From Truepera sp. (GTDB lineage Bacteria > Deinococcota > Deinococci > Deinococcales > Trueperaceae): a DNA stretch of 64,000 bases. This document shows positions 29,162 through 40,091 of this stretch, one piece after another (position 1 is the first letter of the stretch; each line of letters starts with the position of its first letter). The notes beneath the pieces were generated by a model that searched no databases, was not told where the DNA came from, and was given only the letters and a program-made list of their open reading frames with translations. The stretch lies in contig CBDCKW010000009.1 in the NCBI GenBank assembly GCA_965218435.1, forward strand, positions 1,728,001 through 1,792,000, in the 5' to 3' direction. A program made the translations under genes and the position numbers.

Positions 29162-30598
29162 TTAAGTCTCGCGGTAACGCCTCAACGCCTCCTGGTAAAG
29201 CTCACTCTGGGCGGGCTGAAAATCGTGATCGCTTTCCAGCTGCGCCAACGACGCTGCCTGCTCCGCAACGCCCAAACCTTGCAAGGCTAGCAGCGCCGCG
29301 CCGTAAGCCGGTCCCTGGCTCTGCTTGGGCCGGGTGAGCGGTAGCCCCAGTACATCTGCGGTAAGTTGCAACCACATCTCCGAACGAGCCCCGCCACCGG
29401 TGGTAAAGGCTTTGGTCAGCGGCGCGAGCGGTGTGATGATGTCGAACGCGTCACGGAGGCTGAAGGCGACGCCCTCGAGCACCGACCGCACCAAATCAGC
29501 TTGCGTGGTGGCTAAGCTCAGACCCGTCCACGACCCGCGCAGATCAGGGTCTAAGTAAGGCGTGCGTTCCCCGGCCAGGTACGGCCTAAACGTGACGCCG
29601 TTGGCTCCCGGTTGAGAGGTCGCTGCTTCTTGCGTCAGCTCGTCAAACCTCACCCCCGGCCTTAAGGTATCGCGGTACCACTGCAAACTTCCGGCGGCGG
29701 CGAGGGTAACGCCGAGAAGGTTGTAACCGCCGTCCGCGTGACAAAAGAGGTGGACGCGCCCCTCCGGGTCGGGGGTCGGTGCGCCTAGTGGCGCGAAAAC
29801 GACGCCCGACGTGCCGAGGCTGACGCTGCCCACGCCGGGGGTAAGGCTCGAGAGTCCCAGCCCTATCGCAGCAGCGGCGTTGTCCCCGGCCCCGGCAACG
29901 ACCGGTAAATCTTTCGGCAAACCCGTTTGCCGGGCTAATTCGTCAGTCAGTTGACCGGTGACCTCATGCGACGCGACGATCTCCGGGAAAAGGTCGGTAG
30001 AGAGCCCCAGCGCCCCCAACACCTCAGCGTCCCAAACTTTTTGGGCGATCTCAAAGCAGTTCGTCCCCGACGCGTCGGTCGGTTCAGCGGCAATCACCCC
30101 GGTCAGTTTGAAGCCCAGATAATCTTTAGGTAAGAGCACGTGGCGAGTACGGGTGAAGTTGTCGGGCTCCGCTTGTCTGAGCCAGAGCAGTTTGGGCAGC
30201 TGAAAGCCGGTAATCGCTGGATTGCCGGTGCGTGCGACTAACGTTTCTCGAGGTACGGCGTCAGAAAGTTCTGCGACCCCCGAGCCGGTACGTTGATCGT
30301 TCCACAAGAGAGCAGGCCGGACGACCTCGCCGTGCGCGTCTAAGGGCACCATCCCGTGCATCTGCCCGGAAAGCCCGAGCGCCACAATGTCGTGCCCGCC
30401 GAGTTTTGCAGTCAACTCTTGAAGGGCTGCCACCGTCCCGGCAAACCAGTCTTCGGGATTTTGCTCCGTCCAACCGGGGCGCGGCGTCAGGAGCGGGTAG
30501 CTGCGGGTACTTTCCGCGACAACTGTGCCCGCCTCGTCAACGGCGAGTACGCGGACGCCGCTCGTGCCGATATCCACACCTAATGACAGCGCCGTCAC
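29162..30598 (-). CDS. xylB: Xylulokinase (FGGY family)
   Basis: [48 protein letters not shown] and GGGARS. Confidence 0.9.
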   Translation of the reverse strand: MTALSLGVDIGTSGVRVLAVDEAGTVVAESTRSYPLLTPRPGWTEQNPEDWFAGTVAALQELTAKLGGHDIVALGLSGQMHGMVPLDAHGEVVRPALLWNDQRTGSGVAELSDAVPRETLVARTGNPAITGFQLPKLLWLRQAEPDNFTRTRHVLLPKDYLGFKLTGVIAAEPTDASGTNCFEIAQKVWDAEVLGALGLSTDLFPEIVASHEVTGQLTDELARQTGLPKDLPVVAGAGDNAAAAIGLGLSSLTPGVGSVSLGTSGVVFAPLGAPTPDPEGRVHLFCHADGGYNLLGVTLAAAGSLQWYRDTLRPGVRFDELTQEAATSQPGANGVTFRPYLAGERTPYLDPDLRGSWTGLSLATTQADLVRSVLEGVAFSLRDAFDIITPLAPLTKAFTTGGGARSEMWLQLTADVLGLPLTRPKQSQGPAYGAALLALQGLGVAEQAASLAQLESDHDFQPAQSELYQEALRRYRET

Positions 30599-30744
30599 GC
30601 CGTCCCCGCCCTTAAAGGTAAGCGAACTACTTTATTAGGGGCGACAGCTAACCTTACTACCGACATAATTCTCCCGTCTTGTACAAGCAAGTCTTGTGCA
30701 GTTGGGCCGATCATACCTGTTTGGGGACACTCCCATAAACCGGG

Positions 30745-31812
30745 TCAGGCCCGGTAACGCTGCGCCGGCAGCGCCCGGAGCCGTGCCGCCGCGTCCTCAG
30801 CCGTCAGGTCGCGCTGCGCCTCAGCCAACCACTCGTAGCTGGCGACGAATTTCTGTACGCTAGCTGAGCGTAAGAGCGGCGGGTAGTAGTGCGCGTGCAG
30901 CTGCCAGTGCCGCACGTCACCTGCGCTACCGGTAGGGGCACCGTGCCACCCCGAGCAGTAGGGAAACGACGTCTCAAAAAGGTTGTCAAAACGGACCAGC
31001 ATGATTTTGAGGATGTCTGCCAGCGCGTCTCGCTCAGTAACCGTCAGGTCGGGGAGACGCAAAACATGACGTTTGGGGAGGACCAAGGTTTCAAACGGCC
31101 AGTACGCCCAGTACGGCACTACCACGAGCCAGTGGTCGTTTTCGGCGACGGTGCGCTCGCTCAAGCTGCTCTCTCTCTCTCTATAGTCAACCAGCAGCGG
31201 ACTACCGTGCTGCTCAAAGTAACGTTTTTGCTGCGTGTCTTCTAGCAAAGCTTCATTCGGCAAAAAGTCGCTCGCCCAAATCTGCCCGTGGGGGTGCGGG
31301 TTCGACGCCCCGACCATCGCTCCTTTGCTCTCAAAAATCTGCACCCAGCGGTAATGTTCACCAAGCTCGAGAATCTGCGTCCCCCACAGATCAACGACTT
31401 TACGAATGGCCGAAACGTCCAGCTCAGCGAGCGTCAGGTCGTGGCGCGGCGAAAAACAGATCACGCGGCAGAGCCCCCGAACGCTCTCACCCTGAAAGAG
31501 CGGGTCGGCGCTGCCGCTAGTAGCACTGTGCTCCTCCGGCGTATCCGGCAAAAGTGCGGCGAAGTCGTTGGTAAAGACAAACGTGTCTCGGTACTCGGGA
31601 TTGTGGGCGTCGCCAGCGCGTTCGTTACCGGGGCAGAGGTAACAGGCCGGGTCGTATTCGGGCCGCTCGTTCCGGCTGGGCGCTTCAACTTTGCCCTGCC
31701 AAGGCCGCCGGTTGCGCTGCGGTGAGACCAGCACATATCCGCCGGTCAGCGGGTTGAGGCGGCGGTGCGGACCGGTGGGCGTGAAAATGTCTAGCCGTTT
31801 GTCTGTAGCCAT
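30745..31812 (-). CDS. galT: UDP-glucose--hexose-1-phosphate uridylyltransferase
   Basis: [37 protein letters not shown] and [10 protein letters not shown]. Confidence 0.96.
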   Translation of the reverse strand: MATDKRLDIFTPTGPHRRLNPLTGGYVLVSPQRNRRPWQGKVEAPSRNERPEYDPACYLCPGNERAGDAHNPEYRDTFVFTNDFAALLPDTPEEHSATSGSADPLFQGESVRGLCRVICFSPRHDLTLAELDVSAIRKVVDLWGTQILELGEHYRWVQIFESKGAMVGASNPHPHGQIWASDFLPNEALLEDTQQKRYFEQHGSPLLVDYRERESSLSERTVAENDHWLVVVPYWAYWPFETLVLPKRHVLRLPDLTVTERDALADILKIMLVRFDNLFETSFPYCSGWHGAPTGSAGDVRHWQLHAHYYPPLLRSASVQKFVASYEWLAEAQRDLTAEDAAARLRALPAQRYRA

Positions 31813-32713
31813 AACGCTATCGTAACGCGGCTTGGTAGAGACAAACCAAAAGGTTCGCTAAGCGCCAAGGGAAAGCCGGCACTCAGTAAGAACTTGGCGG
31901 TCAGGAGTCGAAATTCAGGAGTCGGTAAAAGGTCTAAACAACCTTATCTTTAGCAGGTGCTCAGGCCGCCCTAGCCAAGCAGCCAGGGCTTATACTTGTA
32001 ACACGCTAAATAGATGAAGGATGTGCGCATAATCATTCGCAAAGTCGGGATAAATTCACACTATGATTCATTTTTATAACGACTCGTCACGTTTTCCCCC
32101 TAATATCGTTCTAAACCTGGATTTACCTTAATAGGTCTTCATTTGTTTTGTTCTATCGTGGGTGATGGTTTTCGCTTCGTAAGCGAACAGAGCTGAAAAG
32201 GTTGATATACCTTACTTTGATATGCACACCCCTCAAATAGATAGTCGTCATCTCAGCCCACGCTCATACGTTTAGAACGTGTTACGAAGCTTGAAGATTC
32301 CCCAAGCCGTTTGGTCAACGCTTAGGAAATCCGTTCCAATCCGGCTTTTTACATTTTCGGCAGCATCTTTTTGGGCATGTTTGGAGCTTAAAGGCAGGCT
32401 CGAGTCCGAAATGCCGAAACAGCTGAACAGTTTAGCTGCTGTGCAAGACGCAAGTTCAATAGCCATAACAGCAGTTACAATTGTCACATTTGTAACGGGC
32501 TCTAGCCGTGGCAAGCATCAAGACGCCTCCTTTATAGCAAACGTTATGGGTCAGATCAGGCGGTGAGTGCTAACAGGCTCGGCAGTTCGCTTCCGTCTAT
32601 CCCTTATGCTGGGACAGTATCTCTACCGGCGTTGGCCCTGAGCCCGGACATTTGTCATACCGCATGTGTGCTATAACGATAAGCGGGAAAGACACGTGAG
32701 TTGGAGGAACCGT

Positions 32714-33103
32714 ATGACCACACAACTAAACATAACCCATATGACCGTGACCGAAGCTGCCGCCCGCAAAGCCGGTGAGCTCTTGGGTAACGCGCAAAAA
32801 GAAACCGCCGCCATCCGGGTTTACGTCAAATCGGGGGGCTGCAGCGGCTACTCGTACGGGATGGCCATTGACGACCGTGAACTCGAGGGCGACAGCATCT
32901 TTGTGGACCGGGGCGTCCGTATCGTCGTGGATAAGATGAGCCTGCCCCTACTTCAGGGTTCACAGATCGATTACGTCGAGAACATGATGGGCGGCGGCTT
33001 TAGCGTCAATAATCCGAACGCGACGAGCGCGTGCGGGTGCGGCAGTTCGTTTCGTACCGACGGCAAAACCGCGCCGGAAGGCGAAAGCGTCAGCTGTCAC
33101 TAA
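32714..33103 (+). CDS. Fe-S cluster assembly accessory protein (IscA/HesB family)
   Basis: GGCSGYSY and [22 protein letters not shown] at 32703. Confidence 0.93.
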   Translation: MTTQLNITHMTVTEAAARKAGELLGNAQKETAAIRVYVKSGGCSGYSYGMAIDDRELEGDSIFVDRGVRIVVDKMSLPLLQGSQIDYVENMMGGGFSVNNPNATSACGCGSSFRTDGKTAPEGESVSCH

Positions 33104-33112
33104 GATTTGTCC

Positions 33113-33150
33113 AAAAAAGAAGCGGCCCGCTAGCAGGCCGCTTCTTTTTT
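33113..33150. terminator. Bidirectional intrinsic terminator
   Basis: AAAAAAGAAGCGGCC-loop-GGCCGCTTCTTTTTT between convergent genes. Confidence 0.88.
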
Positions 33151-33160
33151 TGGTTGAGGT

Positions 33161-34642
33161 TTACGGCGAGGTGTAACGCAAGACCGGTTTACGCGCCGCT
33201 TTGACCTCATCCAAACGGCGTACCGGCGTGGTGTAAGGCGCGTTTTTCAAAAAGTCCGGGTCGGCTTCGGCCCGTTTTAATATGTCCGCCATGACTGCAA
33301 CAAAGGCGTCCATCGTCTCCAAGCTCTCCGTCTCAGTCGGCTCGACCATCATCGCTTCTTTGACGACCAGCGGAAAATACATCGTCATCGGGTGCATCCC
33401 GTAGTCTAAGAGTGCCTTAGCGATGTCCAAAGTCTTCATCCCTCTGGGCGGCTGCGCCACAAATTCGTGCATGTTGATGCGGTCAAACGCGGTCTTGAAG
33501 CCGACTTCTTGCAGCTTGACACGCAGATAGTTTGCGTTCAAAACGGCCCGCTCCGAAATCTGCGCCAGCCCGTCGCGGCCCAGTGCCCGAATATAGGTAT
33601 ACGCCCGCACCAAGTTGCCGAAGTTCCCATGAAACGAACGCATCCGCCCGATCGAGTACGGTTGGTCGTAGTCGAAGGCGAAGTGGTCACCCTCTTTTTT
33701 GATGATCGGTGAGGGTAGGAAATCCCGTAGATGCGCTTTGACCCCAATCGGGCCGGTGCCGGGGCCACCGCCGCCGTGGGGCGTGGTAAACGTCTTATGC
33801 AGATTGAGGTGTACCACATCGAAACCCATATCGCCGGGGCGAGCGCGGCCCACGATGGCGTTCGCGTTCGCGCCGTCGTAGTAGAGCTGTGCGCCGACCT
33901 CGTGCGCGAGGTGGGCGATTTCTAAAATGTTTGTCTCGAACAGCCCCAACGTGTTCGGGTTCGTGAGCATGATCGCCGCAACGTCCGGGCCGAGCACGGC
34001 TTTAAGGGCGTCCAAGTCAACCTCGCCGTTAGGGGCTGTCGCCACCTCTTTGACGTCGTACCCGACCATCGTTGCGGTGGCCGGGTTGGTGCCGTGCGCC
34101 GCGTCCGGGACGATGACGATGCGGCGCTGCTCGCCCTCGCCGTTGTGCTCGTGGTAGGCCCGGATCATCAAAATCCCGGCGAGTTCGCCGTGGGCACCCG
34201 CCGCTGGTTGCAAGGTGATGGCGTCCATCCCGGTGATCTCGGCGAGGTCGTATTGCAGATTATAAAGCAGTTCTAACGCGCCCTGCACGGCGTCCGGGTC
34301 GGCGTTCGGGTGCACGTCAGCGAAGAGTTTGGCGGTCTCTTCGTTGACTTTAGGGTTGTATTTCATGGTGCACGAGCCGAGCGGGTAGAAGTTGCCGTCA
34401 ATAGAGAACTGCCGGTGCGCGAGCTGGGTATAGTGGCGGACGAGTTCCAACTCCGACACTTCGGGCAGTTTAGGCGGCGCGGCGCGGAGGTGTTCAGCGC
34501 CCAGAAGACTTTCTAAGCTCTCCCCCACCGGTTTGGGCGGATACGCCGCGCGGCGGCCCGGTTGTGAGCGTTCAAAGATCAGCGGGAAGTCACCGGCTGT
34601 GTTTTCCCGAGCTAAAATTGGGCGTTCTTCAAGTTTAGTCAT
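33161..34642 (-). CDS. gcvPB: Glycine dehydrogenase subunit 2
   Basis: [28 protein letters not shown] and [18 protein letters not shown]. Confidence 0.96.
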   Translation of the reverse strand: MTKLEERPILARENTAGDFPLIFERSQPGRRAAYPPKPVGESLESLLGAEHLRAAPPKLPEVSELELVRHYTQLAHRQFSIDGNFYPLGSCTMKYNPKVNEETAKLFADVHPNADPDAVQGALELLYNLQYDLAEITGMDAITLQPAAGAHGELAGILMIRAYHEHNGEGEQRRIVIVPDAAHGTNPATATMVGYDVKEVATAPNGEVDLDALKAVLGPDVAAIMLTNPNTLGLFETNILEIAHLAHEVGAQLYYDGANANAIVGRARPGDMGFDVVHLNLHKTFTTPHGGGGPGTGPIGVKAHLRDFLPSPIIKKEGDHFAFDYDQPYSIGRMRSFHGNFGNLVRAYTYIRALGRDGLAQISERAVLNANYLRVKLQEVGFKTAFDRINMHEFVAQPPRGMKTLDIAKALLDYGMHPMTMYFPLVVKEAMMVEPTETESLETMDAFVAVMADILKRAEADPDFLKNAPYTTPVRRLDEVKAARKPVLRYTSP

Positions 34643-35975
34643 GGGCGACCTCGAGCCTACGCTCTAAAACTTCTGCCAAAGCGTCCGTCAGGAGCGTCAT
34701 ATCTTCTGCTGTCGTGAGTTCAGTTGCGGAGAAAAGTGCCGCGTCCCCAAGGCCGTAAGTTTTGGGAACGGGCACAGCGGCAGCGACGCCCGCTTCGGCG
34801 AGCGCGTGACGCAACTCGTCCGCAGGGAGCGGTAAACGGGCGGCAAACTCGTTAAAAAAGGGTTTTGCGGTGAGGGGCTCGAGGCCAATCTCTCTAAGTT
34901 TACCCGCTAAGGTGTGCGCGTTCTGCACACTTTTAGTTGCGACGTCGGTTAAACCTTGCGGCCCGAGCGCGGCGAGGTTTACGGCGGCCATCAGCGCGGT
35001 GAGCTGGTGGTTCGAGCAGATATTCGACTTGGCTTTCGAGCGGCGGATGTGCTGCTCTCTGGCCTGCAGCGTCAGGACAAACGCCCGTTTGCCGTCCCGG
35101 TCCGTTGTCTCGCCGACGATACGCCCCGGCAACTGCCGTAAAAGCGGCTCAGCCACGACCATAAACCCGAAGTGCGGCCCGCCAAAACTGACCGGATTAC
35201 CGACCGTCTGCCCGTCCCCGACGGCGATATCCGCGCCGTAATCACCGGGCGCGGTGAGAACACCGAGCGTTAGGGGGTCACAGACGGCGACGAAAAGAGC
35301 ACCGGCTGCGTGCGCGGCGTCAGCAAGCTTCGGCATCGCTTCTAAGTAGCCTAAAGAGTTGGGATTTTGGACGATGAGACAAGCCGCGTCCGCCACGTCG
35401 CCCGGTTCAGGCGTGCTCAGCTCAGTGAGGGCGATTTCGACAATCTCAATGTCTAGAGGATGCGCGTAGGTCGCTAACACCTCCCGCGACTCAGGATGCA
35501 CTCCTTGACTTACCACAACCTTGCGCCGCCCGGTCTGCCGCACGGCAAGAAGTGCCGCCTCTGCGACCGCTGACGCCCCGTCGTACATCGAGGCGTTGGA
35601 GACCGGCAGCCCGGTCAGCTCACTCATCATCGTCTGGTACTCGAAGGTCGCCTGCAACATCCCCTGTGAGACCTCAGGTTGATACGGCGTGTAGGCCGTG
35701 ACGAACTCACTCTGCAGCGCCAGGTGCAGCGTCACCGAGGGGATAAAGTGCTCTTGCAGACCGCCGCCTAAAAAGTTGGCTTGTGGGGTTTTGTTTTTTG
35801 CGGCGAGTGAGCGCAAATGCCGGAGCAAACTCACTTCATCTAAACCTTCGGGAATGTCTAACTCAGGGATTTTGAGCGACTTGGGCAGGTCGGCGAACAG
35901 CTCATCAATGCTTTCGACGCCGATAGTCTCGAGCGCCCGTTCGATATCTTCCGGTGTATGCGGCAAGTAGTTCAC
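34635..35975 (-). CDS. gcvPA: Glycine dehydrogenase subunit 1
   Basis: [21 protein letters not shown] and [17 protein letters not shown]. Confidence 0.96.
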   Translation of the reverse strand: MNYLPHTPEDIERALETIGVESIDELFADLPKSLKIPELDIPEGLDEVSLLRHLRSLAAKNKTPQANFLGGGLQEHFIPSVTLHLALQSEFVTAYTPYQPEVSQGMLQATFEYQTMMSELTGLPVSNASMYDGASAVAEAALLAVRQTGRRKVVVSQGVHPESREVLATYAHPLDIEIVEIALTELSTPEPGDVADAACLIVQNPNSLGYLEAMPKLADAAHAAGALFVAVCDPLTLGVLTAPGDYGADIAVGDGQTVGNPVSFGGPHFGFMVVAEPLLRQLPGRIVGETTDRDGKRAFVLTLQAREQHIRRSKAKSNICSNHQLTALMAAVNLAALGPQGLTDVATKSVQNAHTLAGKLREIGLEPLTAKPFFNEFAARLPLPADELRHALAEAGVAAAVPVPKTYGLGDAALFSATELTTAEDMTLLTDALAEVLERRLEVAHD

Positions 35976-35982
35976 AGGTCGT

Positions 35983-36366
35983 TCACCCTGCCTCGGCGAT
36001 TTCTTGATAGGCGTCAGCGTCTAAGAGCTTCTCGAGTTCTCCGGGGTCCGACACGCGCAGCTTAAACATCCAACCGCCCTCAAAAGGTGCTGAATTGATG
36101 GTTTCGGGAGCGTCCTCTAAGGCGCTGTTGACCTCGACGACTTCACCCGAAACCGGCGCGTAGATGTCCGAGGCGGTTTTGACCGACTCGACCACAGCAA
36201 CGGCAGTTCCTGCCGTGACCGTTTGGCCGACACTGGGGAGTTCGACGAACACCACGTCTCCGAGCTGGTCTTGGGCAAAGTCGGTAATGCCGACGGTGAG
36301 GGTGTCGCCCTCGAGCCGTGACCACTCGTGCGACGCACTATATTTGAGGGCTTCAGGTAGCTGCAT
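35983..36366 (-). CDS. gcvH: Glycine cleavage system H protein
   Basis: [19 protein letters not shown] and VESVKTASD (lipoyl-Lys). Confidence 0.97.
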   Translation of the reverse strand: MQLPEALKYSASHEWSRLEGDTLTVGITDFAQDQLGDVVFVELPSVGQTVTAGTAVAVVESVKTASDIYAPVSGEVVEVNSALEDAPETINSAPFEGGWMFKLRVSDPGELEKLLDADAYQEIAEAG

Positions 36367-36633
36367 ATAGGACTCCTCAGGTCATTCTAAAGGCAAGAAA
36401 AAGGTTTTTAGGGCACGTATGACGTACACCGTGACGGGTGCCTTGCAAAACGTACCGGCATACGCCCATAACTCCCTCAGCCTACCGGAAAGTCGTCGGG
36501 CTATGCGTTTCTCACCTTGCGTTCTCTCGGCTGTGTTGACCCTAAGCCTCACCGGTTAAGTCTTGCTGTGTGCTGATTTCGCCCGGCTCACCGTAGACCT
36601 GTTTACCGCAAACGCCCCGGCTGACCCGCCCCA

Positions 36634-36828
36634 CTAGGTACTGCGTTCGGCCTTCAGCCGCTCGGCAGCTTCTTGACTCCGCCCGGCTTTAACCAGCTCA
36701 CTGAGTTCGGTCGCGGTACGAAAATCTATCGTTTTTTGCTCGAGCGCCGCTCCGATGGCGTCCAGCGCGTCACGCTGAGCCGCAGTAAATCTAGGGCCGC
36801 GTAACGTTTGAGTGGGGTGCTGCGCCAT
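36634..36828 (-). CDS. Small hypothetical protein
   Basis: Helical 64-aa ORF with TATACT 6 nt upstream of ATG (leaderless type). Confidence 0.55.
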   Translation of the reverse strand: MAQHPTQTLRGPRFTAAQRDALDAIGAALEQKTIDFRTATELSELVKAGRSQEAAERLKAERST

Positions 36829-36914
36829 AAGAAAAGTATAAACGCCCCCTTACCGAGCGGACAACCTCCTTATTATGGGTTAGACGCGCCTTAGCTCGAG
36901 CAAGCACCTGCAGC

Positions 36915-37142
36915 TTAGCTGTTTGGTTGCCCCTCACCGTCTGCATTGTTGGTGATGGCGTTCCACACGACGCCGCTCTTGCCCCTGGCTTCACCTTCGG
37001 TGTCTGCTTTAACCATCCGGACAACGACCTTTTCAGAGGCGTAGCTGTCCCGGGCCGCGCAGCCCTGCTTATGATCGTCAAAACGGCTTAAGAGTTTCCA
37101 CGCAGTTGTACCGCTGGGTTTTTGAAAGATAAAGTAGGGCAT
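36915..37142 (-). CDS. Small hypothetical protein
   Basis: MPYFIFQKPSG... ORF with protein-like composition; no motif recognised. Confidence 0.4.
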   Translation of the reverse strand: MPYFIFQKPSGTTAWKLLSRFDDHKQGCAARDSYASEKVVVRMVKADTEGEARGKSGVVWNAITNNADGEGQPNS

Positions 37143-37243
37143 CCCCGACCTTAGCACCTAACGGGCGCTCCTGACGCTTGGAGCAACGCTACAAAACGGC
37201 GCAGACTGCTGTTTAGAGGTCTTTCTCGAGCAAAAATGCAGCT

Positions 37244-37510
37244 ATGGACAGAGCTAATGATCTCGGACCGGCAACTCTCGGCACCTTAAACGGCACCGGT
37301 TTTATGAACCGTCATCCCACCCAAGCTAGTGGTTACGTTCAGGGCGAGGGCGTTTTTATCGTCGCTGAAACGACCCGCGAGGCGGTCGAGGCGCTGATGG
37401 GCGAAGAGCTCGACTATGTAGGGCCGACCGAAGACGGCAACACCCGGGTCGCGCAGTGCCATATCGTCTCCGCCGAGGACTTTCCTACTCTCACATTTTC
37501 AAAAAGCTAA
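37244..37510 (+). CDS. Hypothetical protein
   Basis: 88-aa ORF with genome-typical codon use. Confidence 0.55.
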   Translation: MDRANDLGPATLGTLNGTGFMNRHPTQASGYVQGEGVFIVAETTREAVEALMGEELDYVGPTEDGNTRVAQCHIVSAEDFPTLTFSKS

Positions 37511-37583
37511 CCAAGACCCACCGTGTAAATCCGCCGCCGGGCTGTTACGGCGAACTGCTCGGCGGCCACAGGCTGAGGCCATT

Positions 37584-37895
37584 CTAGTGCTGCTTTTTAG
37601 CCCAGGTAAGAAACCGCTGCACCTCGGGTTCGGCTAACAGTGCCGCCCGCGTGTTGAGCCTCTTGCCAAGCTCGTTTTCGCTGTAGCTGCGGTGCAGCTG
37701 CCGGTGACACAAGCGGCAGAGCATCAGCCCACAGCCGCTGAGCTCGGCGCGACTAAAGCGCCGCGTGTACCAACCTCGGCGGTGAACACGTTTGGGAATA
37801 AGGTGGTGAAAAGTCAGCGGCTCTTCGCGTCCGCACAGTTCGCAGTAGCGGCAGCTGGCGCGGCGCGGCCCGAAATCAGTAGTTGGCGACGTCAC
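37584..37895 (-). CDS. Small HNH-type Zn-binding protein
   Basis: CELCGR...TFHHLIPK...LCRLCHRQLH; TAAACT 6 nt upstream of GTG. Confidence 0.8.
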   Translation of the reverse strand: MTSPTTDFGPRRASCRYCELCGREEPLTFHHLIPKRVHRRGWYTRRFSRAELSGCGLMLCRLCHRQLHRSYSENELGKRLNTRAALLAEPEVQRFLTWAKKQH

Positions 37896-38048
37896 CCCAT
37901 CAGTTTACAAAAACCGAAAGCGCGAGGTATTGCTCTAGCTGTCAACCGTTTAGACCAACCGTTTGGCCTCAAGACCTTGTTAGAAAAGACTTTAGAAAAT
38001 CAGACAAAGCGGCTTGCTGAGGTTTTGGCAGTGCTTGAGCTTTGTCCC

Positions 38049-38101
38049 TTGAACGAACATTCCTCAACGATTATACTTTAGCCTAACCCACCCCAGGTGG
38101 G
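38049..38101 (+). promoter_or_regulatory. Sigma70-type promoter with downstream C/G-tract inverted repeat (CsoR/RcnR-like operator candidate)
   Basis: TTGAAC(38049)-17 nt-TATACT(38072); CCCACC-CCA-GGTGGG at 38087-38101. Confidence 0.55.
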
Positions 38102-38122
38102 GAGAGTAAAGGGAGACAACCT

Positions 38123-38728
38123 ATGAAGCCAGTTGCCGCAACGTATTTGCTACTCAGCACTTTTTTATTCGGTGCTTTTGGCTTAGCACAACCTGCGCCG
38201 CCAACAGGACCACCCAACCAGCACCCACAGGGCGCGATGAATATGAGCAAAGCGCCAATTGGCAGTGAGCTGGACTTCATTCAGGGGATGATCCCGCATC
38301 ATCAGGAGGCCGTAGACAGCGCCCTGGTGATCGAAAAACACAGTGAGCACGCCCAACTTCGCGCCTTTGCCGGAGCTGTCGTTGGGGTTCAGCAGCGTCA
38401 GATCAGCGAAATGCGGGGATGGCTCCGGGCTTGGTATCCGAAACAAGCAAAAGCGGCGTCACCTTACCTACCGATGATGCGCACTCTGCCGAACGCCACG
38501 CCGGACGAAGCCGACCGCGCCTTTATCGAAGACATGATGACGCATCACGAGATGGCGATAGCGATGGCTCGAGAGTTTCTAGCCGGGGACTTCAAAAAGC
38601 ATCCCAAAGCCGAGGCGCTCGCAAGAGACATTATGTCTACCCAAGCCGCCGAAGTCGGTACCTTACGCGGCTGGTTGCGACGTTGGTACGGCGTCAAAGT
38701 AGACGCCACTACAAACACACACGGCTAG
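38123..38728 (+). CDS. Secreted DUF305 (CopM-like ferritin-fold metal-binding) protein
   Basis: Signal peptide; two repeats FIQGMIPHHQEAV..Q..EM.GWL.AW and FIEDMMTHHEMAIAMA..Q..E..WL..W. Confidence 0.88.
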   Translation: MKPVAATYLLLSTFLFGAFGLAQPAPPTGPPNQHPQGAMNMSKAPIGSELDFIQGMIPHHQEAVDSALVIEKHSEHAQLRAFAGAVVGVQQRQISEMRGWLRAWYPKQAKAASPYLPMMRTLPNATPDEADRAFIEDMMTHHEMAIAMAREFLAGDFKKHPKAEALARDIMSTQAAEVGTLRGWLRRWYGVKVDATTNTHG

Positions 38729-38883
38729 GCACACTAGAGATAGGTTTTGATAGGTCTTGCAAGGGGCAGGGCTCGAGCCAACTGGGGGTTTATGAACGGG
38801 CAAGTCAGACCACCGGTAAAGGTGTTCTTAACAGTGTTGTTCACGCTATTCTTCACACTGGTTTTCACACTAAGGGAAAAAGC

Positions 38884-39201
38884 ATGACCGTTAACAGCTA
38901 CGCCGTGGTAGGGCTGCTCGCCCTTATCGCCGCCGGGCTCGCGCTCCTCGGCGCAGCTTTCTGGAGACCTAAAGCCAAACTCTTAAAAGCGCCCGCAGCG
39001 TGGGCACAGTTTCGCTTCGGTTACGTCGTCTACGCGCTGATCTTTCTCTCATTCGACATGGAGATGATCTACATGTACCCGTGGGCGGTGGTGTTCGTGG
39101 AACGGGGCCTCGAGGCATTTTTAGACATGCTCGTCTTTATCGCCATTCTTTCTGCGGGCATCGCTTACGCCTGGGGGATGGGGGGGCTCGAGTGGGAGTA
39201 G
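38884..39201 (+). CDS. nuoA: NADH-quinone oxidoreductase subunit A-like (short TM1-2 loop)
   Basis: YALIFLSFDMEMIYMYPWA...YAWGMGGLEWE; start at ATG 38884. Confidence 0.88.
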   Translation: MTVNSYAVVGLLALIAAGLALLGAAFWRPKAKLLKAPAAWAQFRFGYVVYALIFLSFDMEMIYMYPWAVVFVERGLEAFLDMLVFIAILSAGIAYAWGMGGLEWE

Positions 39202-40091
39202 TCACGGGTGCTCTTTTTGTCCTCGCAACGCTGCTCGTCGGGGGCTTGGGAACGATGGGGCTCGAGCACCTTATGCGCCGCCGCGCCGAGTTAGGTCCGG
39301 CTACGACGCCGAGTATTCGGGAAGATGTCAAACTCCTTCAGGCTGACCGCTGGCTCTATCCGGCGGGGACGGTTTCAGCTTTGCTGGGCATCTTTTTTGC
39401 GCTAGTCGTGATTCCTTTCGGCCCCGGTCTTATCGCTCAGGACATCGGTATCGGGGCGTTTTACTTTATCGTCGTGCTGGACTTTGTGGTACTCGGGGTC
39501 GCGCTCACGGGTTGGGGCACAAATATACCGGACGCCGTAGACGCCTACTACCGCATCACCGCGCAGCTCGTCGCCTACGTCGTCCCACTGGGTCTCGCTT
39601 ATGTCGGGGCCATCATGATGGCTGAGTCTCTGTCTATTGTCACCATCGTTGAGCGGCAGAACAGCTTGTGGTTTGTCTTCCTGCAACCCATCGGTTTCTT
39701 GCTCTACCTCGTAACCGGATTGATGCAGGCTTACCGTGCGCCCTTTATGGAACCGTTTTCTAAGTTCATCGGAGGTGGCGTGCTCGGCGCTGTCGGTGGC
39801 TGGCAGGCGCTCGTATGGCGTTTTGCGCTCGCCGGTCTGCTCTTTGCCATTGCCGCGATGGGGGCTGTACTTTACTTGGGCGGCCCGCAGGGGCCGTGGC
39901 TACCCGCGCCGGTTTGGATGCTCGTTAAAACGTTTGGGCTGATGGCCTTGATGCTCGGCCTGGGGCGACTCGTCAAACCTTTAAGCACCGCGCAGATGCT
40001 CCAACTCTCGTGGCGCATCCTGATTCCTATTGGTCTGGTCAATGTGTTGGTCGTCGGCGGGCTGATTCTTTTAGGCGTAGGTCCCACATGA
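39192..40091 (+). CDS. nuoH: Divergent NADH-quinone oxidoreductase subunit H-like
   Basis: IPFGPG..DIG.G..Y, GWG.N, R..AQLVAY..P, SLS...IV..Q, QPIGF, RAPF, LYLGG and QMLQLSWRILIP; GTG start overlapping the nuoA end. Confidence 0.82.
   Translation: MGVVTGALFVLATLLVGGLGTMGLEHLMRRRAELGPATTPSIREDVKLLQADRWLYPAGTVSALLGIFFALVVIPFGPGLIAQDIGIGAFYFIVVLDFVVLGVALTGWGTNIPDAVDAYYRITAQLVAYVVPLGLAYVGAIMMAESLSIVTIVERQNSLWFVFLQPIGFLLYLVTGLMQAYRAPFMEPFSKFIGGGVLGAVGGWQALVWRFALAGLLFAIAAMGAVLYLGGPQGPWLPAPVWMLVKTFGLMALMLGLGRLVKPLSTAQMLQLSWRILIPIGLVNVLVVGGLILLGVGPT

Noticed and set aside
36367..36630. Glycine riboswitch or gcvT upstream of gcvH
   Set aside because: No GGAGA/CCGAAG/CUCUCAGG aptamer motifs and no gcvT ORF seen; a TAGAAT box lies just upstream of the RBS
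37584..37895. HNH protein as a defence system or homing endonuclease
   Set aside because: Solitary small HNH with no partner genes or intron context
38419..38883. Long N-terminal extension of the nuoA ORF in the track
   Set aside because: It overlaps DUF305 in another frame and is not protein-like; NuoA similarity starts at ATG 38884
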